DNA of 64,000 nt, taken from assembly GCA_951406725.2 (NCBI GenBank), contig OX597823.1, positions 25,296,001-25,360,000 of the forward strand, read 5' to 3'. Below the pieces are notes generated by a model. It was not told where the DNA came from. It made no database searches and saw only the letters and a list, made by a program, of their open reading frames with translations. The translations under genes and the position numbers were made by a program. Below, piece by piece: positions 55,020-64,000 of the stretch (the stretch's first letter is position 1; every line of letters begins with the position of its first letter). Source of the stretch: Octopus vulgaris (lineage: Eukaryota).

Positions 55020-56700
55020 AACCAAACTGGTTGGAGGAATTACAACCGTGTTTCGTGGTCTGCTACCACAACAGCTCCTTTATAGGATCCAGTTAGCTCA
55101 AGACATCATCAGGAGGAACCACGTCCGGTTTCGGCCCCTACTCCTCTACCGTTTTGACGTGGCGGCCCCCCCACTTCGGAGGTGTCTTCAGCTCTGGTGT
55201 TGGGTGCATGTCTTCTTTCTTCTTTCTTTTGTTCCCTGGCCTCTTCGATGTATCGTCAACGAGTGTCAGCCGGTAATTGATTGACTTGTCAAACTTTTCC
55301 CTTTAAATACCTGCCGCTAGGCTCCAGCAGGCAGCCCCAGCAAGTTGTCACGTGACACTGTCTCACCTTAACTGACTAGTGAAGGCGCGTAGTCTTAGCC
55401 CGCGCATTCTCTAAACGACCGTCACCTGTCAGTCAGCGAAGCTGATTCAGTGTCAGCTTGTCTCACCTAGTGATGTTATTTCCCGCCGGCATGTTATGAT
55501 TTTCAAGCCATTTTTGGTTTTCCCGCTTCAGCCATATGTAGAAGCTCGCTTTTTCGACCGCCTCATGTACTCTCCTTATTAGTTTTCGCGGCTCGGAGTT
55601 AGAAAAAACAAATCTTCTTTTGAATAGCGTTGTCATTTTCCTTTCAATGAAGCCTCTAGCCCCCCCCCCCCCCTGCCAGGTGGTAATACTCGACATTCCA
55701 TCCTTGTTCTCTGCATTCTTCGATTAGTTTTTCGTACCTCTTCTTCTTTCGTTCCTCTGCATTGCCGATGTTCTCTTCCCAAGATACTGTCAGTTCTAGT
55801 AAAATTCCTATTCTCCGTTCTCTGTTCCATAGGACTAAATCTGGTCTTTTTGTCGTTTTTATTAGTGGAAATATTATTTGTCTTTCCAAATCCGTGGCCA
55901 CCTCCCAGTATCCCTTCCATCTTTCGTCTATCTCGTATATTTTACTTGTAGGCCTGGTTTTATATCCTTTTCCCTCCTTGTGAGAGTATACTTTCCTGCG
56001 CTTTTCTACTTTTGGGTAATCTCCCCTATTGTACCTCTCGATCTTCTCCTTGAGTGCTGTGCTTATGACACCGAGGACTTGACTATGCCGCCATGTATAT
56101 CTTTCTAGTGCTAGTCTGCAATTTGACGGAACATGTCTAACCGTCCCTTTCTCACCGCATCTACACTCATCGGTTGTTTTTATGTTCCACCTGACTAAGT
56201 TCGCCGGTAGACTTGATCAGGAAGGATGTTCTTGCTTGTTCCCAAGCCCAAAGTTCCTTCCATGATATTCTGCGGCTGATCACATATTCCTCCCATCTCA
56301 GGCACTGTCCATGTTGACTACATTGCACCAAATGTGCATTTCGCCTTTCTTCTTCCTCCTTTCTCACTTCGTATACCACTGCCTCTTTCATCTCTTTTAT
56401 ACTGCTCTTGCAAAAATGCCTGAAATTGTGCGACCCTAGGCCAGTTCTTGCTTCTTGCGTCACTCCGACTATATCTGCGTGTCTTAGTTTTCCGATCGTT
56501 CTTTTTCACTGATCTTCAGCATTATGTTAGCATCCGTAAGGCAGCTAATTTCCACAACTGTATACAGTTTTTTCTCCACCCCAAATCATTATATCAGGTC
56601 TGTTGCGCTTACATTTTATTCAGGTCTTCACTGGGACATTCCACCAGTACTCCTTTTTACTATGAGTAGCTATGTCTTCTTCTATATTGTGGGTTCTTAT
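55020..56700 (-). mobile_element. HERO-like non-LTR retrotransposon, 5'-truncated (zinc knuckle + REL endonuclease + 3' UTR)
   Basis: SWKELWAWEQARTSFLIKS, CGEKGT..HVPSNC...RYTWRHSQVL, RPDLVLW...LLELTVSWEEN...KKKRYEKL, EAVEKASFYIWLKRE; GC-richer 3' UTR at 55020-55470. Confidence 0.85.
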
Positions 56701-57466
56701 TTCTTTGTCCTCGGGATTATCCTTCTGACATATTTCATTATACAGCAGTGGTTCTCAACGTTTTCACAGTGTCTCCCAACAGTAGTCCCCAATCCTTTTA
56801 TTCAAATAAGTTTTCCCACTGACCTCTTTTAATATGCTTATCCTTATATATATATATATATGCTTATCCTTATATATATATATTATAAGAAAGGCGAAAT
56901 GTACATATATATATATATTATATATATATATATATATATATGAAATTTAATAACCGAGAACTCCACTGCAGAAATTCTATCTATGCCTTTGATATATTAA
57001 AACTGGCTTGAATATTACTTAACAATGATAAAAAAATAACATAGTTATTACTTAATTTACTGCCGTTTAGAATGGAGAGTGATCACGAGGGAAATAAACC
57101 ATGTTTACTGGTAGTTTTGGTCACTCACAGTCTCAAGGCAAACTTGCATGAAAAATACAATTTGGGCATTATACACAGGCCCTCCATATTAATTACAGGA
57201 CAGGTATTGTTTTTGAAATATTACAAAGATAAGAAAAACAAATATTGATTGTGAGAGTGTTATGATTGTGAGAGTGTTAGGTCAGTTTAGTGAATGTCAA
57301 GTGATTTACTTTGAACTTTGAATCATGACTGAGGGCATTAAGATATAATGTCAAGGGGTCTTGCACACACACACACTAATTTAAATGTATATAAATCCAC
57401 ACATATATCCATATGTATATATACACTCACATGAAGACTAACAAACAACTGTTGAACACTGAAGTG

Positions 57467-57628
57467 TCGAAGGAGTGGCTGTGTGGTAAGTAGCTTATTT
57501 ACCAACCACATGGTTCCGGGTTCAGTCCAACTTCGTGGCACCTTGGGCAAGTGTCTTCTACTTTAGCCTCGGGCCGACCAAAGCCTTGTGAGTGGATTTG
57601 GTAGACGGAAACTGAAAGAAGCCCATCG

Positions 57629-57687
<59 letters not shown>

Positions 57688-57882
57688 ATGTATTTGTGTG
57701 TCCCCCCAACATCGCTTGACAACTGATGCTGGTGTGTTTACGTCCCCGTAACTTAGTGGTTCGGCAAAAGAGACCGATAGAATAAGTACTAGATTTACAA
57801 AGAATAAGTCTTGGGGTCGATTTGCTTGACTAAAGGCGGTGCTCCAGCATGGCCGCAGTCAAATGACTGAAACAAATAAAAG
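57467..57882 (+). mobile_element. tRNA-derived CORE-type SINE, near full length
   Basis: TGGCTGTGTGG / GGTTCAGTCC boxes, CCTTGGGCAAGTGTCTT, internal microsatellite, 3' tail GGCGGTGCTCCAGCATGGCCGCAGTCAAATGACTGAAAC. Confidence 0.88.
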
Positions 57883-59117
57883 AGTAGTTTGACATGCCAA
57901 CATCTTACTAGGGTGTAAATAAAGAACTGCATTGTATATTTAATGGTAAAAGTAACATTTTTGCTCAAAGTGTTCGATAGGTATTCCCAGGCTGAGACTG
58001 CGGACGAAGTTCTCGCAAACTCTTGTGAGCAAAAATCATAAAAGTCACAATATATGAGATACATAAAATATGGAGAGATGCAAAAGAAAAAAAAAAAAAT
58101 TTTTTTATTTCAGCTGTTGTTTCTCGTATTGTAGAAGTGCTATTATAAATAAAAGCTTCAAACGTTTTAGGTCTCGTCCGAATCAATCACTTTATGAACA
58201 CGCTCGTGTTTGATCCCAGAAACGCTTGCTCAATGAACCCTCATCCTATGATCCAGACAGAATTTTTCTGCAATTATTGGTTTTAATCGCATTTTACTCC
58301 TCTCATAGTGCAATCACACTATCGACTTTGGGTCTTTATCATATATTTTAATAGTTACATCACTGTAAAAATAATTCCTTGATACAAAATTACGGTCTCG
58401 TAATACTTGTGGCATTATCATTGAAATCACAATAGGAAAATAACAAATGGATTTAAGTCATGCTAATGTGACACGAATATAACTGTCATCTAAAACAGAG
58501 GTGGGGAATATTTTTGTTGGCGAACCGCTTTGGAGTTTACTATCTAATAAGGCATCATTAAAAAATATTTAATACTGCCAAATCTCGGTTACTTTTAAAC
58601 AATACAATTGTTCATAAAATCCCTAACAAAATGTAAGCAAATTTTAACTAGTGCCCTAAATTTTTAAAAGCGTGTTTAAATATAATTATATCAACAAAAA
58701 ATATATTTCATTATAGTCATTCTCCCTCAAAAGTTGTATTTCGTTATTTCAGAATGCTGCACGTATTCAATCACAGGCTGCAAATGTCTCAATCCTGACA
58801 AGAATCAGAAATGTAAAAACAATATGATTTCAAATTCTTCGCTCATGATGCTAGTAACCATATAATGCAATATAATGTAAAAAAATAGCAGCTTAATCTA
58901 AAATTCCAAACCCACAGTATCACCAATTGCAGGGAAATTACATTTTTCAATCCGTGACATTTGAGATATTTGTAGGTAATGGGCAACTAACCACTAAGTT
59001 CTTGATTTCTTTAGCATCTCGTCTGACTGAAGTATCAGAGATGAGATTTATGAGGATGCGCCCGGCTATTGTAGCCTTGCAGCTATCCATGGTAATGCTG
59101 CGGGTGCTTTGGATTGC

Positions 59118-59396
59118 TCTCGTGGTTTAGTGATTAGAGTATTCAGCTTACGATCGTGAGTTCAATTCCCGGCGACACGTTGTGTCCTTGAGCAAGACAC
59201 TTTATTTTACGTTGCTCCAATCCACTCAGCTGGCAAAAATGAGTAATACCTGTATTTTAAGGGGTTAGCCATGTCACATTCGTGTTTCTCTGAGACTACG
59301 TACACGTAACTGTGGAGTGCTCAGCCGCCTGTACGTTAATTTCATGAGCAAGCTGTTCCATTGATCGGATTAATTGGAACCCTTGTCGTCGTAACC
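59118..59396 (+). mobile_element. Third tRNA-derived SINE family copy
   Basis: GAGTTCAATTCC...GTGTCCTTGAGCAAGACACTTTATTTTACG. Confidence 0.75.
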
Positions 59397-59789
59397 GTTT
59401 TATCCTTGTGTTTAGTTTTTAATGCAAAATCGCACTAATATAAAAAAAAAATGCGTATGCTAATTCTCTTCCAAGAAATCTGTAGATCAGATCTGTGATA
59501 AGTGAACGAGATGAGAAACAATAGCTCCAATCGAATGCAGCATATCAATAGACACTCGCCAATTTTGAAGTTCATCTATTGTTTGTTGATGTGATTTCAT
59601 TGAAAATTGAGAATTAGCTGTCTCTTAGTCACGGCTACAACAGCTCCGGTTTTTTGTCGGGTTTGTCAACATTAGTAAAAGTGGAGAACAATAGATAGTG
59701 TATTTTTAAAGTTTTCATTGTTTGTTGTTCGACACTTAGACTTTAGAGGTTTGTTTCCTCATTGAGATCTCTTCCTAGATTAAACTTGT

Positions 59790-60535
59790 CTTTCCCAAAC
59801 AATGCAGAAGTACCGCATTTGTGAGTGATGACGCCTATCCAGAATACAGACGTCGGTCACCAATCTCTGGAAGCAGGACACACATTATTAGAACTACTCG
59901 AACATCTACTGAAGTAGATGATAGCTTCATAGTGCCATACAACCCATTCCTATCTCTCCGATACAACTGCCATCTAAATGTTGAGGTTGTGTACACTGTA
60001 CTGGCGGCGAAATATTTTTTCAAGTACCTTACTAAAGGGCCTGATAGAGTCAATGTTTAAATCCGATAAAGCAGTACTGATGAAACAAAGGGAATGCCTC
60101 AAGAGTTTAACAATTCAACCCTTAAAGTGGTTGAAAATGAAATTGACACTTACCGAAATGCCTAATACATCTCATCTGGTGCGGCAATTTGGAAGATATT
60201 CAGATTTTTAATCCATTCCACACAACCCACTGTTATAAATCTCTCATGCCATCTAAAAAAATCAACAATCTCTTACTTTTGATGGCGAGCTGCCTGAAAA
60301 GCTTGAGCTTGCAGCAAAAGCAACTTTGACTGAGTTTTTCACATTAAATAAGTATGACTCAGACGCCAGAGACAAGCTATATGCTGAAATTCCAAAGTAT
60401 TACACTCGGAATAAAAAAGAGAAGTGGCAAAAGAGGATAAGGAGAACAATCATGGAAGATAGAAAATATGAAATCAGTACTATTGGTCGCATTTCCATAG
60501 TCGCTTACAATGTCCAGCAGAAGGAATTATATTAG
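59790..60535 (+). mobile_element. Helitron Rep/Helicase fragment (post-Rep region)
   Basis: YPEYRRR, VDDSFIVPYNPFLSLRYNCHLNVEV...KYFFKYLTKGPDR, TLTEFF.LNK...LYAEIPKYY, IGR. Confidence 0.9.
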
Positions 60536-62314
60536 ACGGGGATACTGCTCTGAATGACAACTTGTTTCTCATCTCATTTTCAGTGTCAACGAAATATAGC
60601 TGTGCATAAACTGGCTTCCTATTTACTGCTGATAGAAGACTTCCTTTATGGCAGTACAACTTCCCTTGAATCTTGAAAGTAGGCATAAAATGCTATCACC
60701 CTGTGGTCCAACTGGTGGATTATCTAGCCCAAGTGAAGCCATATCCAGTAAATTATTGTAGTCACGAATTTTGTTCAGAAACATTTGACCGCTTAGATTA
60801 ACATCATAGTACTTAGCTATTAATTCTGGGAGCTTTTTATCTGTGGAACTTTGCTATTGCTAATTTTTCCTTTGCCATAACAGAGGGTAGTTTTTTCAGC
60901 ATCCCAAAGATAAGCTTTGCAGTTAGGGCGTGTTCTGTTAAAAATGTTTCCTCAGTTGTACAACATATGGCTTGGGTTTCGTTCTTTCTCATGAAAATCT
61001 GCCACATCAACTTCCATAGCCATTCTTTCAGTGTCAGTTCTTTGCTGACGACTCGATTGGTATCGTGCCTGGTTGTTTGCTTGTCGCTACTGAATTTGTG
61101 GCAGCGACGTGTTTTCCTCAGAGTCCTGTTTCCTCAGCCGATCAGTATTTGTCCATGCTTCTGTTTCTTGTGGTGTTTCCATTGCACGACTTTTCTGTGT
61201 TTTCATCCGATTCTGAATCTTCTGGTCTTTCCATTGCACAGGTTTCCCTCTTCTCAGACGATCTGCATTTCTCAGTGCCTCTGTTTCTTCTGGTGTTTCC
61301 ATTGTACTAGTTTCTTGCATTCTCCTTTGCTTTACTTCAACATACTGTGAAGAGCTGGTTCCTTGTCTGTTTTCTTCAATTAGCGTCTGTTGTCTTTGCT
61401 CAACAATATTTTGTGAACGGACATTTTTTTCGGGACAGGTTGTTGCCCTTCCTTTTTCTGGACATATTGTACTGTTGAAAGCGTGAATATTTATGACAAC
61501 TATACAGTGAAAGTTTTGAGATGATTCAGCTAGTATTTGAGCTAATTTCTCTGAACGGGAAGTTTTCACGGTATTAATACTAAATATTTACCTTGGGTAT
61601 TTGTTTTTACAATTACACCACTCTCGCTAAAACTATTTTAAAATGCGATTTTTATGTTTTTGAATTGCTGTAAACGAATTTGACCATAAAAATGTCTGAA
61701 ATTTGGTATTGTTTAAGATAATAATAAAATTAGTCGAACCTATTTTCATGCAGTCGAATGCGTAAAATTTCCGAAATGTTCATACTTTTAACGTGTTCTA
61801 TTTCAGAAATAACAGACGACAGTACATCCAATAACATATACATTCGTGCAACGATGTAAATAGACATAAGAATAGCTCTGACGGTCGACGGCATGAAAAT
61901 GGGTCCGACAAATTTTATTAATATCTTAAAAAATACTAAATTCCCAATATTTTTATGGTGAAATTCGTTTAGAGCAATTCAATAACATAAAAATCGCACT
62001 TTAAGATAGTGTTTAGCAAGTAATTTCCACCGAAGACTAACAGTATTTCTGTTTTTTTTTCAAAATGACACCGATAGAAATATTGGAAAGAACGCAACCG
62101 GTTAAGAGAGAATGAAGTAAGAGAAGTAGTAAATAGTGTGTATATGTGTGTGAGAGAGAGAGTTATGAGAGGTAACATTGTATGAGAGAGAGTGAGTTCA
62201 ATACGTAATATGCATATATGTGAGAGAGAAACATCAAAGTAATACCAAAGGAGATATGGAAAAGAGCACAACCGGTTGAGAGTAAGTTAAGAGAAGCAGT
62301 AAATATGTTGGAAG

Positions 62315-62346
<32 letters not shown>

Positions 62347-62618
62347 TATGAGAGGTAACATTATCAGCATTCTGTCAATAACCACTTCTCACACTACAGC
62401 TCTCGATAAGAGAATGATGTAGTAATAATGAGGAATAGTAGGAGAGTCACCGAATAGTGAGAGAGGGGTAATTCGTTTTGTCGGATTTTACCAAACTGGA
62501 ACCGGTCCGGTTAATTTTCGTGAATCCCATATAGATGTTGGCACTCTTCCAGTACCCACGGTTCTTTACGCCAAGTTTGGTCGAAATCGGTCCAGTGGTT
62601 GCGCAATTATAGTATAGA
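60536..62618 (-). mobile_element. Helitron 5' part: terminus, charged METP(E/Q)ETEA repeats, Zn-finger region and FKIQG/AQLYF motifs
   Basis: 5' A|TCTATACTATAAT at 62618; ORF 61087-61569 with R.METP.ETEA...DRLR repeats; Cys-rich remnant at ~60880-60970; MPTFKIQGKLYCHKGSLL...PVYAQLYFVD. Confidence 0.8.
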
Positions 62619-64000
62619 TATGTGTGTGTGTACCAAAAAATAGTCGTCACTCGCGAGGGAATATGACTTGGTAAACCATACTTTCGCTAATTGTTTTAGG
62701 TGCCAATATAGTTGCAAATAGGCATAGATACTGTCTAGGCCTTCCCATTCTTAAGTCGGTAGAACATCGAGAACGTGACAGCTGGGAGAACAGAGGGCTA
62801 TTCCCACACTTGACTGAATCTCGTTTATGGCTAAGTAGACTGAAACAACGGGAGCTGAAATGCCTTGCTCAAGGATACAAGGCGCCGCTCGAGTTTATCT
62901 TCTGTATTCTATCAGATATCCAAAATGTTATATTCCCTTATGTGCCTATTATTGGTGTTGCTTGCTCTATTGCTGAGTCTGTTTTCATTGGGGAATCTGT
63001 TTGATAGTTAACCTGATCTGTAGCAGCTTGTTGTTTTATATACTTCTATTACCGTCCTATTACTACGATTTAATCCTAGAATATTCATACTATTCACAAC
63101 TCCGACCAAAATTTTTAACAGGATTTGGCTTTCATATTTGCACCGGGATACTATCACATTTCTTTTGAGTAAGCATAAATTTCTGCGTAATGGTATTGAA
63201 TTTCTGTCGAGATGAATAGCGACTTTTTCCAAATCAATTTATATAATGCGCAACATTATTTACTTTTGCCCAAATATTTATACACATATTTTTCTCCCTT
63301 TGACCCCAAGCATGCCACATAACACGTGTTTTCCTTCTAGATAGGTCGAAGAAAGAATGCTGAAGCTAGGTATATCTATCTTTAAATATTCTGCTCGTTG
63401 CTCTGGCGCTGTTTTTATAGGTACATCCCTCATGCATTACCATGAATTTCTTTTTAATTCAATTCCCATTTAATTGATGTGTTCTCAATTTGTTAGAATT
63501 GTAACTACTTTCAGCCGAAGACAATAGTTGGCTTGCTATTTGGCATGCTTTTCGTTCTGTATACAACTAACATTTTTTTCCCTTTCTGTTAAAGAAATTA
63601 CCCTCGATGCTTGAGAAACGCTTACATAGTAACATGAAATCGGAAATATTTAGTCGTATCTGTTACTAAATATAAGCTGAATAGTGGGGCTAAAGTAGAT
63701 GTTCTCACCATTTTTTGCCGTTTCTATTAAGATTTTGCTTCGCTTGTTTAAATTAAACATTATTCTATTTATTTAAATCAGTAAAAAACAATTTAAAAGG
63801 AGCATTAAAATGTTTTAAATAAACGAAAATAATTCATTCAATGTGATTTATAGTTTATTTATTACAGTATTCATTTTGTCGTTTACACAGTTGGGTAACT
63901 TGCTTGGGTAGCAATGCCACACATATTATTGTGGTTACGAGCCATCTTTATGTATCCTTTCACACCCCAGCTGCCGCCCCAGCTGAAAATATAAAATGCA

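Noticed and set aside
56746-56790. hAT/Charlie-like terminus CAGTGGTTCTCAAC
   Set aside because: No matching opposite end or transposase remnant was identified, so no element could be delimited.
62880-63650. Possible L1-type endonuclease remnant on the minus strand
   Set aside because: Composition is suggestive but no diagnostic motif could be read with confidence.

Overview
AT-rich, microsatellite- and transposon-dense animal DNA. The SINE families suggest a coleoid cephalopod, probably Octopus; this is inference. The only host genes are two tandem, minus-strand, multi-exon cathepsin L-like (papain family C1A) paralogues whose start codons lie ~29.6 kb apart. Copy B is complete: 7 coding exons read by hand between 22337 and 40600, 326 aa, all introns GT-AG, catalytic Q/C/H/N intact. 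Copy A shows exons 1-4 only (1865-11006); the rest is presumably off the left edge. Copy B is unusual: its mature domain is strongly basic, the conserved GCxGG loop reads GCRRG, and its S2 pocket is cathepsin-K-like. Intron 4 of copy B holds an antisense, 3'-truncated histone H2B copy, a sense-strand hammerhead-ribozyme-like motif and a full-length Tc1-like element. The rest is decayed mobile DNA: CR1-, R4/Dong-, HERO- and Penelope-like retroelements, Chapaev3, hAT and Helitron elements, a telomere-repeat-bearing MITE and three tRNA-derived SINE families. One SINE family shares its 3' stem-loop with a CR1-like LINE in the same window. Most ORFs in the supplied track are microsatellite artefacts. 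TE boundaries without terminal repeats are approximate, and family names come from recalled motifs, not database searches.
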